Shown here piece by piece: positions 13,541 through 27,258 of a DNA stretch of 64,000 nt. The position numbers and the translations under genes were made by a program. The number at the start of each line of letters is the position of its first letter. Within the stretch, counting starts at the first letter, position 1. Source of the stretch: Octopus vulgaris (taxonomy: Eukaryota); contig OX597816.1 of the NCBI GenBank assembly GCA_951406725.2, forward strand, positions 165,726,001-165,790,000, in the 5' to 3' direction. The notes below the pieces were generated by a model that worked only from the letters and a program-made list of their open reading frames with translations, did not search any database and was not told the DNA's origin.

Positions 13541-14032
13541 AGTGTTACTATAGCGTTCCCTGCAAGTGTATATATACAGTAAAGTATACTTACAAATGGT
13601 TAGATATAGCATTCCATACAGGTATATGTATAGCAAAGTATGCACTTAAAGGTATGTGACGACAGCGTTCCATACATGTGTACGTACACCAATGTATGCA
13701 TTTAAGAATGTGTAGCTATAGCGTTCGCTACAGGTGTACGTACACCAATGTATACATCTAAGACTGTATAGCTATAGCGTTCTCTACAGGTGTACGTACA
13801 TCAATGTATGCATTTAAGAATGCGAAGCTATTGCATTCTCTACAGGTGTACGTACACCAATGTATGCATTTAAAAATGTGTAGCTATAGCGGTCTCTACA
13901 GGTGTACGTACACCAATGTATGCGTTAAAAAATGTGTAGCTATAGCGTTTTCTACAGGTGTACGTACACCAATGTATACATTTAAGAATGTATAGCTATA
14001 GCATTCTCTACAGGTGTACGTACAACAATGTA
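13541..14032. repeat. 56-bp minisatellite, ~8-9 copies, palindrome-rich
   Basis: Unit gctatagcgttctctacaggtgtacgtacaccaatgtatgcatttaagaatgtgta; TACG at 13681, 13737, 13793. Confidence 0.92.
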
Positions 14033-15322
14033 CAGACACAGATGTTAAACCGACATCATCACAATATGTAAAGAATAAAAGCCACTGCATACTCTGACAT
14101 AGAGCTTCTTGCGGGTCCTTGAGAAAAATGATATAAGGGATTAGTATTAGGAGAAATTACGGAGAAGAAACCTGAAGTTTATAAGGCTGGAAATATCAAA
14201 TTAAACTAAACTTGGATTCGTAATAGAGAACGCAACGTCCTAATTTACATGCTACAAATGATGATGATATCGACGACAATGAAAGTCTGCAGCAGCTTGT
14301 GATTTAAAGCAGGGGTTCTCAGTCAGGATCCATATGACCCCTGGGCTTTGGGGGGGGGGGGAGTCCTAACAAGCAAAATAGTAAATTGAGGGTCTATGAC
14401 AAAATTTTGTTTTCGATGTATTTATTGCGAGAAGCACTCGTTTTGCACAGTTCCACGTTTCCAGCCAATGAAATACGTTCTGTTGTAAACCTACGCAAGT
14501 GAACGTGTGAGAAAAAAATAGGAATTTCGAAAGAAGTATCTATAAAGCTTGTTTTTAAAAATCAAATCACTGTGGAGGCGGGGTACCCCAGGAGGAATTT
14601 CAACCGTGTTTCGTGGTCTGCTACCACAACAGCTCCTTTATAGGATCCAGTTAGCTCAAGATATCATCAGGAGGAACCACGTCCGGTTCGGGCCCCTACT
14701 CCTCTACCGTTTTGACGTGACGGAGCCCCTTCCTTTCGGAGGTGTCATCAGCTCTGGTGTTGGGTGCATGTCTTCTTTCTTCTTCTTTCTTCTGTTCCTT
14801 GGCCTCTTTGATATAGCGTCAACGAGTGTCAGCGGGCGACTGACTGTCTTGTCAAATTTATTCCCTTTAAATACCTGCCGCATAGGCTCCAGCAGGCAGC
14901 CCCAGCAAGTTGTCACGTGACACTGTCTCAACTTTAACTGACCAATGAAGGTGCGTAGTCTTAGCCCACGCATTCTCTAAAATAGTAACCAAAGGGTTCC
15001 ACAGGGAAAAAATGGTTGAGAACTGATTTAAAGGATGATGAACAAAACAAGACACTTTCTTTCAGAACCTTGCTATCAAGGAGGTAACCAGTCAAAATTA
15101 ACTCTAAATTGATAGAAAAGAAAACAAATGCATATATAAAGCAGGGTCGGACCGAAATGGAGCGGGCCTTAGGGGCACGTGCTCCCCTCAAGAAAAGAAG
15201 TGCGTTTTTCTAAATAATGTTATTACGGCCTTTCCTCCTGGAATTATATTACCTTCTGACTTTGTGCTCTTCCTTTGAAAAATTACAAGATTACAAGGCT
15301 GAAGATAACAAGATGGATGGAA

Positions 15323-15699
15323 GCACTCCGTCGGTTACGACGACGAGGGTTCCGGTTGATCCGATCAACGGAACAGCCAGCTCGTGAAATTTACGTGTAA
15401 GTGGCTGAGCATTCCACAGACACGTGTACCCTTAACGTAGTTCTCGGGGATATTCAGCGTGACACAGAGAGTGACAAGGTCGGCCCTTTGAAATACAGGT
15501 ACAACAGAAACAGGAAGTAAGAGTGAGAGAAAGTTGTGGTGAAAGAGTACAGCAGGGATCACCACCATCCCCTGTCGTAGCCTCATGGAGCTTTAGGTGT
15601 TTTCGCTCAATAAACACTCACAACGCCCGGTCTGGGAATCGAAACCGCGATCCTACGACCGCGAGTCCGCTGCCCTAACCACTGGGCCATTGCGCCTCC
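15323..15699 (-). mobile_element. tRNA-derived SINE (family B)
   Basis: Near-intact reverse-complement copy. Confidence 0.9.
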
Positions 15700-16030
15700 A
15701 CATAACAAGAAGAGCCAAGCAAATCTAGAGGATGGACGAAAGAAGCAGAGAAAAGAAAGGATATATGTAAAATAGAAAATAGAAGAAAACTATTTCAACA
15801 TGTGCGTTGTTTAGTATTTTAAGAGATAGTTTAAACGGGTTTACGAGACTATAGACAATATATGCAGCTATCTACTACAAATACGCCCACACATTTTACA
15901 CATAATGGTTGTAACCTAGCAAAACTGAAAAGCCACGTGCGCTTTTCACTTCTGTTTGGGACTTACGCTCATTTCCACAGAAGTGGCAACAATAGGTGCC
16001 TCTTGCGGAAGGTATTCAGAGGGCTTACCG

Positions 16031-16970
16031 CATACATACATACGTACATACATACACATACATGCATGCATGCATGCATACATACATACATACATACATA
16101 CATACATACATACATACATACATACATACATACACACACATGCGTATATACATACATACATGCATGCATACATACACACACACATACATGCACACATACA
16201 CACACGTACATACACACATACATACACACATACATACACATAAACACATACATACATACATACATACATACATACATACACACATACAAACACGTATATA
16301 CATACATACACATATACATACATACATACATACATACATACATACACATACACACATGCATACATACATGCACACATACATACATACACACATGCATACA
16401 TACATACATACATACATACATACATGCATACATACACACATGCATACATACATACATGCATACACACACACATACATACATACATACATACATACACACG
16501 CACACATACAGACATGCATACATACATACATGCATACATACACACATACATACATGCATACATACACACATACATACATACATACATACATACATACACA
16601 CATACAAACACGTATATACATACATACACATATACATACATACATACATACATACACATACACACATGCATACATACATGCACACATACATACATACACA
16701 CATGCATACATACATACATACATACATACATACATACATACACATACATACATACATGCATACACACACACATACATACATACATACATACATACACACG
16801 CACACATACAGACATGCATACATACATGCATACATACACACATACATACATACATACATACTTACATACATACATACATGCATGCATACATACATACATA
16901 CTTACATGCAAACATACACTGGCACTGGCACACACACATACACGCACGCATACACACATACACACATACC
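16031..16970. repeat. Long degenerate (CATA)n/(CA)n tract with ~300-320 bp higher-order duplication
   Basis: Marker cacatacaaacacgtatata at 16281 and 16599; cacacgcacacatacagacatgc at 16495 and 16795. Confidence 0.9.
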
Positions 16971-17479
16971 AGTGGTGTTACCCACGTGAATGTAGGGCAT
17001 GCAACATCCATCTAAAGTAATTTATAAATGAATGCAGAGAGCAAATCAGATTTTAATATAAATCTTACAGGTTGGTGAGAGACAGCTGGCAAGAAGGTAT
17101 GCATCCTACTTCAATTATATTATTGTAATTTTAATAATTATATGCTTTGGCTTAAGTACCAGTAGTCACCTTTCACACACCACACACTCACACATGCACA
17201 CATACACATTGGAAAGGTAGGAATGGTTCGGAGAGCAGGCGAAAGAAGCTTCATAGCGAAATACATAGAAATATACAGAGGTTGTAAAAATTGCCTGAAG
17301 CTTTCTTGATGAATGATAAATAAGAGGATAAGTGTAAACAAGAAGGCTATAAAACAAAAGCAGAATAAAAGAAAAATATATAAAAAAAAACTATATAAAT
17401 GCAAACAAGTATGTCTTGTATCGTATGTAGGTTAAAAAGTAAGATGCAAAGGAAAGAGAAAAGAATAGAATAATATAAT

Positions 17480-17657
<178 letters not shown>

Positions 17658-18802
17658 GAAGGGAGAGGAAAAGTGGCAAACTAGGTTAAATATGTTACCT
17701 AATAAGTCATGTAGACAGAAAAGTAATGGAAGCCGTAGGTCTAAGTAAAAAGATTCGTAATATTTGATGGTTTCAAATTGTTTGCATAAGCAAGAGGAAT
17801 TCGATATTCGAGAATTACAAAAGAAATTATTGAAAGAGTAAACAAAGGATCTAATCGCGACGGGATGACATAATTCGCCCAGTGTAACATAATGCGAAGT
17901 TCAATTTGATGTTAGCGCGAATAAGAATGTATAATATCGTATCAGATGTAGATATGGGCTGTCTAGTATCGCTAAAATTGATGGTGTCAGCCGCGTCGCT
18001 TGACCTTTAGAAGACCCCTGCAACTTTTTGTTTCATGGCCCCATCCCTTCAGTCAAAATTCATAATCTACACACCTTTTTATTCATAGCTATATTTTACT
18101 TTATTCCATCTGAAGTTCAATATTTCACGTTACTCTAAAGAACATCTTTAAAAGTACGAGTTAAATTTATTTAGAGCTATTACAAATTTCAACAAGTAAA
18201 ACTTCCAGGTATGGATAAAAGAGCATTTTTATAATCCAGGCAACTTTCAAAGACAAACTCAGAGCACTTTTCGCTTCACAAAATCATTGATCAGTTCAGA
18301 ATAATCAAGCTGAGAGCTAAGTTTGTGTTCAATAGATATCATAGGCAATCCACAAAGTCTGGTACACATTCGTGGTACAATGCAATATTTTTACAAGATC
18401 TTAACCAAAGTAAATAGATGACTCATCTATGTACTTTGATCTTCACATGGAGCCCCTCAACCGCGTAGGCCCCTTGCGACCGTAGGGATTGCAGGGGCTT
18501 AGCGACGGCCCTGGATAGTGTTGATACTTTATATTACATGTCGCGGAAGAGTTAAAGGTTTGTAATTGCCTGAAAGTTTTAAAGGTTTTTATGCGTATTC
18601 GATGTGTACACGAAAGTTTTGAAGGGTTTATGTGTTCTCTGAGTGGTTATTGCGAATATGACTTCCTAAAGGGGATTTCCCTTTTTTTCCAGCACACGGA
18701 TATGCCTTAAATAAACTATCCCATCTTAAGCAGTGTTGATTGTTTCTTGTCGTCAACTACCAAATACAACTGGACAGCGAGGTGTCATTTCATCTGTGGG
18801 GG

Positions 18803-18852
<50 letters not shown>

Positions 18853-18856
<4 letters not shown>

Positions 18857-18967
18857 ATCCAAACAAGAAAACACAGAAAAAAGAGAAAAAAAGAAAAAAA
18901 CACAGCAACGCAGGACGTGGAACAATTAAAGTATTATTGACGCTCAGGAAAGAAGGGAAGGAGGGTT

Positions 18968-18970
<3 letters not shown>
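18853..18970 (-). mobile_element. Partial copy of the 880-1080 module between (TA)n tracts
   Basis: Reverse complement shares ctttc..tgagcgtc..aatacttta..gt..cac.tcc.gcgttg.tgt with 980-1060. Confidence 0.55.
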
Positions 18971-19061
<91 letters not shown>

Positions 19062-19149
19062 GGAGAAGCATATTAAAAGGAGTCTGTGGGAAAACTTATT
19101 TAAAGAAAAGGAGTCCTTGGTAGTGAAAACGTTGAGAACCGCTGACCGA

Positions 19150-19456
19150 ATACTTCCCTGATTATTCTGGCTGTGCCAAGGAGGCAAACCTTTTGTAAGA
19201 GTTCTACTGGGAACTCTATTCCAATTTCCTTTATATTGCCTTTGATGCTTTCTGATACTGTTCCCATGGACCCGACAATAATTGGCACTATCTTCACCTT
19301 CTTCATTTTCCATAGCCGGTCTATTTCATACATAAGAGGGTTGTATTCATTTATTTTTTCGCCTTCCTTCTTGACTATTCGTGGATCAAAGGAGCAAGCA
19401 ACATCAACTATAGTGCATGCGTGGTGCATCTTGTCGACCACCACTAGCTCAGATCT
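19150..19456 (-). mobile_element. R4/Dong-type retrotransposon REL domain fragment
   Basis: VVDK...TIVDVAC...EGEKINEY..L..EI.RLW...VPIIVGSMG...LQKVCLLGTARIIR; abuts (TAA)n. Confidence 0.85.
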
Positions 19457-19475
19457 ATTATTGTTATTATTATTT

Positions 19476-19569
<94 letters not shown>

Positions 19570-19570
<1 letters not shown>

Positions 19571-20195
19571 GAGTTAGAGAGCAGTTCATGCCATCAAAGT
19601 GACACTGGGGTAAAATATACGAAGCCCAATATACCCATCATGACTACCCGTCTGATAAGGGTACACCAGGCACATGCATTACAACCATATGTGCGCGACA
19701 TGGTGATCTCATATCAAGATAAACAGCACATGACCTTGCAGGTGGGGCCCAGATTTGTCTATATCTTTGCTTACAGTTCCTAACGCACCAATTATTATAG
19801 ACTGGACCTTTATTGTTCTCATGCTCCACATTCTTCCTATTTCAAATTTTGAGAGATTGTACTTTGTTTTGTCCTCTTTCTTAGATCCTGGAATTAAACG
19901 GACACGATGGGTCGATAAGTAAGCAATCTCGCTTTTCTTTATTTATAATTGTTATTTCCGGTCTATTATTTTCTAACTTCTTGTCAATTTCTTATATTAT
20001 TCCTGTGCCAACTTGGGTCATTCTTCCACAATGTGTGCCACTGTCTCTCTCCAAGTTCCACAGGCTCTACATTTTTTTCTGACACATTCTCTCCATACAT
20101 ATTTTTTCTCAAGTTGTTTGCTTTTAATGCTTGATCTTAGGCTGCTACAATTTGGCTGTATGTCTGTCTCTCCCTCTCTCTTGTTCCCTCTATAA
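19570..20195 (-). mobile_element. Second R4/Dong-type 3' remnant with 3' UTR
   Basis: Degenerate REL coding (IIIGALGTVSK on the minus strand ~19760-19800); 3' end joins (TAA)n. Confidence 0.6.
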
Positions 20196-20454
20196 CAAAG
20201 TAAAGCGTAACTTTAGAATCAACCAAGCAACTAATATTTACATCGGCTATTATGTCTTATTCGTATTTTAATCCCGATAAGAAAAATCTTTTGAAAATGT
20301 GTTTGAAATGAAAATATTGTATCAGCTTTAAATACTTTACTTATTCGAAAATTCGCGGGCCCTTTTAGCACCTCCTTTGAGATCTTATAACGCTTCCAGT
20401 GGGGTGTTATCAGTTAGGGTCTGAATCAAAGGTTGAAAAACAAGAAAGTAATGA

Positions 20455-20810
20455 ACCACATGGTTCACTCCTACTGCATGGAACCTTGGGCAAGCATCTT
20501 CTATTATAACCTCGGGACGACCAAAGTCTTGTGAGTGAATTTGGTAGACGGAAACTGAAAGAAGCTCGTCGTATGTTTTTGTATATGTGTGTGTCTTTTT
20601 GTCTGCGTTTGTCCCTCACTACCGCTTGATCATTGGTGTTGGTGTGTTTACATCCCCGTAACATAGCAGTTCGGCAAAAGAGGCCTATAGAATAAATATC
20701 AGGCCTGAAAAAAAAATAATAAGCCCTGGGGTCGATTCATTCGACTAAAATCTCTTCAAGGCTATGCCCCAGCATGGCCGCATTCTAAAGACTTAAATAA
20801 GAAAAAAAAA
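20455..20810 (+). mobile_element. SINE family A, 5'-truncated
   Basis: ccttgggcaag...ttggtagacggaaactgaaagaagc. Confidence 0.85.
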
Positions 20811-20811
20811 T

Positions 20812-21010
20812 GGCAGAATGCTTAGCAGTATTTCGTCTGCCGCTACCTTCTGAGTTCAAATTCCGCCGAGGTCGACTTTGCCTTTCATCCTTTCGGGCTC
20901 GATTAAATAAGTACCAGTTACACACTGGGGTCGATGTAATAGACTTAATCCGTTTGTCTGTCCTTGTTTGTCCTCTCTGTGTTTAGCCCCTTGTGGGCAA
21001 TAAAGAAATA
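20812..21010 (+). mobile_element. Meta-type SINE with LINE-like tail
   Basis: Ends ttgtcctctctgtgtttagccccttgtgggcaataaagaaat. Confidence 0.9.
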
Positions 21011-21842
21011 GATATAAATCACCCTAATGACAACTTTTAATTAAGGAACAAGGATTGTCGTTTGAAGGGAATTAGCTGATACGATCGAACGCACTACCTG
21101 TCCGGTACTTTATTTTATCGACCATGAAACGATGAAAGGCAAGGGTAGCCTCGGTAGCGTTTGACCTCAGAACGTAAAGAGCCAGAACTAACACCTCATA
21201 GCATTTCTTCGACGCTCTAACGGTTCTCTGCCAGCCTCAAGAAAACATAAATCATTTATAATGGCTTTTTTATTTAATGCTAATTCCTTTTTGTTGCTTT
21301 TACGCGTTGAAAGATCTCGCTTAACGAACTGAGCTGATATATAAGAGTGAGAAAGGGAGAGAGAGGAGGAAGAGACAGAGAGAGAGAGAGAAAGAGAGAG
21401 GAGGAGAGAGGTGAGGAGAGGGGGAGAAGAAAAGGAGTGGAAGACATAAATAAATAAATTAATTAAATTAATAAAATGCTTGATTAATGTTTAAAAGATC
21501 CTCGAAAATGAATTAGTTTGTATAACATTAAAACTAGTTTGGCTGAGGTCATTAATAAACAAACAGTTATTAACAACTTGCAAGTCAACAGACCCCCCCC
21601 CCCGCTCTCTCTCTTTATCTGCCTTTCTCTTTCCTTCTCTTTTCTTTTCTTTCCTCCTTTATCTCTCTCTCTCTCTTTGCTTCTTTCTTCCCCAAGCTCT
21701 CTCTCTTATGAATGAAAGTACCATTTAGAGAACGAAAACTGTTATAGGTGAACATAGAAAACCATGTAATCTTATTATTCCAGTGTTAAAATTCTTCGTC
21801 TTGTCATATATTTTCCACGTACAGCTGCAAACAGCCGTCTTA

Positions 21843-22234
21843 TCTTTATATATAAAAGTCAAGTTGTGTGTCTGTCTCCTACGATTTAGATTCCTAACTA
21901 CTCCCACATTTTACGGTGCAGTTTAACCAAAACCGGGTATCTTATAGTCGTGATTCATATCGAGCCCTTCTGGGTATTAGCGCGCGTCTACGATGAGTCT
22001 ACGATTTTAAAAATAATTTACCATCATTTTTTCCATTTTAATGCATATTTTTTAAATATAAGGGAAGTAACTCTCTAAAAATGTCTACTATGAGTCAACG
22101 ATTTAAAAAAAAATTTACCATCATTTTTTTCCATTTTTAATGCATTTTTTGGCTATTTTTTGGCTATAACTCTCTAAAAATGCTTTATAGTTATTTCCCT
22201 TACAAACCCGAGCAACGCCGGGCGATACTGCTAG
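21843..22234 (+). mobile_element. Non-autonomous Helitron-like element
   Basis: A|TC start, 3' hairpin and CTAG|T identical to 3709-4083; internal partial duplication. Confidence 0.8.
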
Positions 22235-22252
22235 TTATTATTAAGGCGCGAG

Positions 22253-22580
22253 GCGGCGAGCTGGCAGAAACGTTAGCACGCCGGGTGAAATACTTAGCGG
22301 CATTTCGTCCGTCTTTACGTTCTGAGTTCAAATTCCGCCGAGGTCGACTTTGCCTTTCATCCTTTCGGGGTCGATAAATAAATACCAGTTGCGTACTGGG
22401 GTCGTTGTAATCAACTATTCCCCTCCCCCAAATTTCAGACCTTGTGCCTATAGTAGAAAGGACTATTACTATTATAAGGCGGCGAGCTAGCAGAATCGTT
22501 AGCATGCTGGACGAAATGCTTAGCGCTATTTCGCACGTCGCTACTTTCTGAGTTCAAATTCCGCTGTAGAAAGGATTATT
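22253..22580 (+). mobile_element. Meta-type SINE plus a second truncated copy
   Basis: ggcggcgagctggcagaaacgttagcac head; (TAT)n tail. Confidence 0.9.
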
Positions 22581-24490
22581 ATTTCATTGTCTTTGCACAG
22601 CTTCTAATGCTGGAGATGTACTACGGTGTCAGCTGTTCACTACCAGTGAACTAAGATAACACCCATTATTTTTCGAGCACCATCCGGAGTAATCAAGCGG
22701 TTCCAAGCAACACTGTTTTCTGAAAATGCTCCACCCTTATTGCAGCCCCTATTTGTTCCATGTACTTCTCAAGATTTTTACTCACTGTTCCCAGGGCTCC
22801 GACAATTATTAGTACTACGACCACCTTTTTCAGTAACCACAACTGCATAACCTCCCAAGCTAACCTGTTATATCTATCGACTTTTCTTCCTTATCGCATA
22901 CCTTGTTGTCAGCTAGGCATGCTATATCTATGATCCAGCATCGTTTGCTTTCTTTCTCAATTAACACTATGTCTGGTTTTCTATTCTCTATCTCAATATC
23001 GCATTGAATAATTAAATCCCACAGGGTCTTTGCATTATTATTTTTGATTATGCCTTTGGGTTCGTTGCACTTTTTTGCTCTGTCAAGTTCATACTTGTTG
23101 CAAAGTGTCCAATGGACAATCCTTGCGATATTGTCGTGGCGTCTTATATACTTTCAGGGCTAGTAGCGTACTTTCACCATTTTGTCCACAAATTTTGCAC
23201 TTATCACTTTCTGATGTGTTGTCTATTCTGTATTTGATGTAATTGGTTCTTAATGTTTGCTCTTGAGCAGCACAGATAAGAGCCTTGTTTTCCGGTTTTA
23301 AATAACTTTTAGTCATCCATAGCCATTTTTTTCTCTCTCTGTGTCTTATCTTCAACATCCCTATGAAATTGTCCATGCATTCTTTTCTTTATCCACCCAT
23401 TTTCAGTTTCATTCATTCTCAAGTCCTTGTACAGTGCTTTATCTTTGCAATTTTCCATCCTACACAGGCCTGACTTTTTTACTTCCAATAATAGTGGTTC
23501 TGTTGCATTTTTTACATACCATGCTATGTTGCTTTCTTCTGCGCTAATGCTGTGTTCGCATCCAATCAGTCCATTTCATTTTCTTTTTCTTAGTACATAC
23601 AGACTGTGTGTGTCACTTTTTGGGTAGAGTATCCCATAAATAGTCAGAAACTTCCTTGTCTTTCTTTCTAAGCTGTTTAGTTCATCTACTGTCCATGCGA
23701 TTACCCCTGCTCCATGTCTAAGGAGTGAAACCGCCCAGATGTTGATAGCTTCAATCTTATTTCGTCCGTTTAATTTCGAATTAAGGATCAGTCTCAATCT
23801 GCGCAAGCACTCCACCTTAAATTTTTCTGTAATTTCTTTCTCCATTAATTTATCCATTTCCAATATCTTCAAGTACTTATATCCCGTCTTTTCTATCTAC
23901 TTCATAACCTCCCCCGGCGGTATCGCTAGCCCGTCCATATATTTGATTTTGCCTCTCTTCAAGACTATTGCCCTTTTCAATGTTTTTCAAGCACAACGCT
24001 GTCCTACCCCTTGTCAACCACTCTGGTGTTATTTGGTCAGCATTTAATAAGGTGTTGAGTTGTGCAGCTATTCGTGCATCACATTCGCCAAATCTTTTGA
24101 TCCAGTAACCTTGAACTCTATCTGGTCCCGGGACCTTCCAGTTGCCCATTTTTTGCTGATTTCCTTCACTTACCTAACTGAAATGTCTAGTTCTGCCTGT
24201 TCTGGACATACTACTGTTTGTTCCAGTTCTTGCAACCATTCAGCATCCTTCTTGTGCTCCTTGTCTTTGCTTCAGATGTCGCTCCAAAGCCTTTGACTTT
24301 CAATGTTAGTGGTATCAACTTTTCATCTGTACACTCTCCATTTATTTCTTTATAGAATCTCTTCTGATCTCCTCTGAATAACCTATTCTGGTGGTAACCC
24401 TTCATTCTTTGGTCGTATCTTACCATCTTTACTTACTTTGCAACGAAGCGTTGTTGCAGTTCCTCCATTACTTCGTTCAGGCCCTTTCTT
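22576..24490 (-). mobile_element. Decayed R4/Dong-clade non-LTR retrotransposon (RT-flanking region, zinc knuckle, REL)
   Basis: NWKVPGPDRVQGYWIK; RRLRLILNSKLNGRNKIEAINIWAV; ALICAAQEQTLRTN...CKICG; RRHDNIARIVHW; multiple stops and frameshifts. Confidence 0.9.
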
Positions 24491-24876
24491 TCAATATTGT
24501 AGGCCGAAAACTTACAAAGAACCAGTGGAAGCTTAAAGGAAGCATCTTGGAACAAACGGTCATGCAAGAGAAACGCAAAAGTATGAAGAGGTGAAGAGGA
24601 ACATGAATAATTCTCTTCGAGTATTCCGTTCTCTGCAAAGAGAAGAGAACATCTGGAAGATGACATCACAAATTATGGATTGAAGAAACTGTTGGAGGTT
24701 GCAGAGGAATGAAAGAGTCTACAAGGATGTAGTTGAGAGATGGTACCCAATAAGTCTGAGGTGATGCTGCTTAAGAACAAGGACGAGGTCATGGTAAATG
24801 ACAAAGTGGAGTTTGATGAGGTACGCAAAACCTTCTTCTTTAACAATTTTAAATCATTAGCGAAGCTCGACCGTCC

Positions 24877-24954
<78 letters not shown>

Positions 24955-25549
24955 CACACACACACACTCAGACAAACCCACGTATTAACTTGTACACATA
25001 CGTTTATTAGCATCATCAGACTATCTGGTTAAGGTGACTAAGCTGACACTTCGAAGTCACTGTCAATATTTTCCTTGTAAAAGTTAATGAAGATATAGAC
25101 GCTACTGGAAAGTATTGAGTAAAGCTTCAGTTTAATTTTAAACTGTTTATATATAACGGCATAAAACAAATATATATGTATGTGTGTATGTATATGTAAA
25201 TTTGTATATGTGCGTATGTATGTATGTCTGTGTGTGTATAGGTGTTTATGTGTGTGTGTGCGATAATTAAAATGCAGAATAACGTAAATTTTTAAAACGA
25301 ACCATAATCTGTGTCGTTCGAAAACTATTTCAATGAAGTAAAAACATCATTTATATAATTACGAGGCTAACATACATAATTAATTAGTTTAAATGTGATT
25401 CTGTATATATACATGCAAGTTCACTCCATTAATATTTACTACACTCCAATAATATATTGCAGTTTAACGATGTGTTAATAATTGAGCTATTAAATATCGC
25501 GGATATATTTAATGATGTTAATACATCAATTGCACACACACATGCGCGC

Positions 25550-25777
25550 ACACAGCCACACACACATAAACACACAGACATGCACACACACACAGAGCCA
25601 CAAACACACATAAACACACAGACATGCACACACACACAGAGCCACAAACACACATAAACACAGAGCCACAAACACACATAAACACACAGACATGCACACA
25701 CACACAGAGCCACAAACACACATAAACACACAGACATGCACACACACACAGAGCCACAAACACACATAAACACACAG

Positions 25778-25785
<8 letters not shown>
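25550..25785. repeat. ~44-bp CA-rich minisatellite, ~5 copies
   Basis: cacacataaacacacagacatgcacacacacacagagccacaaa repeated. Confidence 0.85.
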
Positions 25786-25808
<23 letters not shown>

Positions 25809-25844
25809 TACACACATATTTACGCGTGTATATGTTCTTTTATT

Positions 25845-26060
25845 TTTTTACTTCTTTCAGCAATCTGACTGCTGCCATGCTGGAGCACCGCCTCGAAAGA
25901 TGGTAGTCGAAGAAATCGACCCCAGGACTTGCTCTCTGTACGCCTAGCACTTATTCTATCGGCCTCTTTTGCCAAACCGCTAAGTTACGGTGACGTAAAC
26001 ACACCGACACCGGTCGTCAAGCGATGGTGGGAGACGAACACAGACACAAAGACACATACA
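25845..26060 (-). mobile_element. SINE family A 3' half
   Basis: gccatgctggagcaccgcc...aaaccgctaagttacgg. Confidence 0.85.
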
Positions 26061-26080
26061 TACATACATACATACATACA

Positions 26081-26115
<35 letters not shown>

Positions 26116-26117
<2 letters not shown>

Positions 26118-26560
26118 ATTTTCAGAATGAGATAAAAATCCAAAGCTGTGAAAGATTCTAGAATATTTACAGCTGTTTCCGGGATATTTTATATATCTCT
26201 TCATCGGAGACGGTGTGAGATAAGATATGAAATAGAGATTGAAGTGGAGGAATGAAATTAGACGTGAGATATGCAGGGATATTGCATCTGTATATCATTG
26301 TTTAGGAAGAGTTTACACTATTCTGCCTAAACAATGGATCTACAGATGCAATATCCCTGCGTATCTCACGTCTGCTTTTATTCCTCCGCTTCACTCTCTA
26401 TTTCATATCTTATCTAGAATAACTATTGCTTAACCATCTTCTCACACCGTCTCCAATGAAGGGATATATAAAATATCCCAGAAACAGCTGTAAGACCTTC
26501 ACTTTATAAATGTTCTGAAATCTTTCACAGCCTTGGATTTTTATCTCATTCTGAATTTTT
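26116..26560. mobile_element. Fold-back Penelope-like module (~190-230 bp arms, ~19-bp loop) with a hammerhead in each arm
   Basis: Arms 26116-26306 and 26326-26560; HHR motifs at 26164-26211(-) and 26449-26496(+). Confidence 0.8.
26449..26496 (+). ncRNA. Hammerhead motif (U4C family; G5A in this copy)
   Basis: GTCT-CCAATGA-a-GGGATAT..ATATCCC-a-GAAAC-AGCT-GTA-AGAC. Confidence 0.65.
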
Positions 26561-26735
26561 TGTTTTACGTATACACATGCTGATATATGACCTACGTTGG
26601 ACTCCTTATTCGCATAATCACCGAACCTGGAGCTTAACTATAGTCTATCCATAGCACTTACTCAGCATTACCGGACACATTTGGGTCTTATTGACACCCT
26701 TACCGCTCATAACCTAGCTCTCTCTGTCTGTTTGA

Positions 26736-26811
<76 letters not shown>

Positions 26812-26818
26812 TGTTAAT

Positions 26819-27082
26819 GTCTGGGGAAAGTCTTTTCTTTATGTGCCTTATAATATAACACACTCACCGGTAAGATTTCCACTTTTTTCTTATTTCTATT
26901 TTCCTAAAATTTTCGTTGCGTATTTTAGGAAAATAAAAATAAGAAAAATGTGGAAATTTTACCTGTGAGTGTGTTATATTATAAGGTACAAATAGAAAAT
27001 GACTCTCCCCAGACACAACAGAATATGCTTCAACACACGACGAGCTCATATAAAGAATCTTGCAAACCAAATCCAAAACGAA

Positions 27083-27084
<2 letters not shown>
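26819..27084. mobile_element. Fold-back module, same family as 59890-60249
   Basis: Arms 26819-26912 and 26923-27014; flanked by (TA)n. Confidence 0.8.
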
Positions 27085-27122
<38 letters not shown>

Positions 27123-27123
<1 letters not shown>

Positions 27124-27258
27124 CGACGGGCTTTTAGTTTTTGTCTACCAAATCCACTCACAAGGCTTTGGTCAGCCCGAGGCTGTAGTAGAAGGCACTT
27201 GCCCAATGTACCACGCAGTGGGACTGAACCTGGACCCATGTGGTTGAGAAGCAAGCTT
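27123..27258 (-). mobile_element. SINE family A 5' half
   Basis: gtctaccaaatccactcacaaggctttggtc. Confidence 0.85.

Noticed and set aside
13541-14032. CRISPR-like array
   Set aside because: Contiguous tandem units without unique spacers; no cas genes; eukaryotic context
14549-14973. Overlapping 123-aa and 89-aa ORFs
   Set aside because: No recognisable domain; possibly a retroelement 5' fragment but unsupported
15862-17020. Long ORFs (up to 375 aa) in several frames
   Set aside because: Translations of (CATA)n/(CA)n microsatellite lacking stop codons; HTYI/MYVC low complexity
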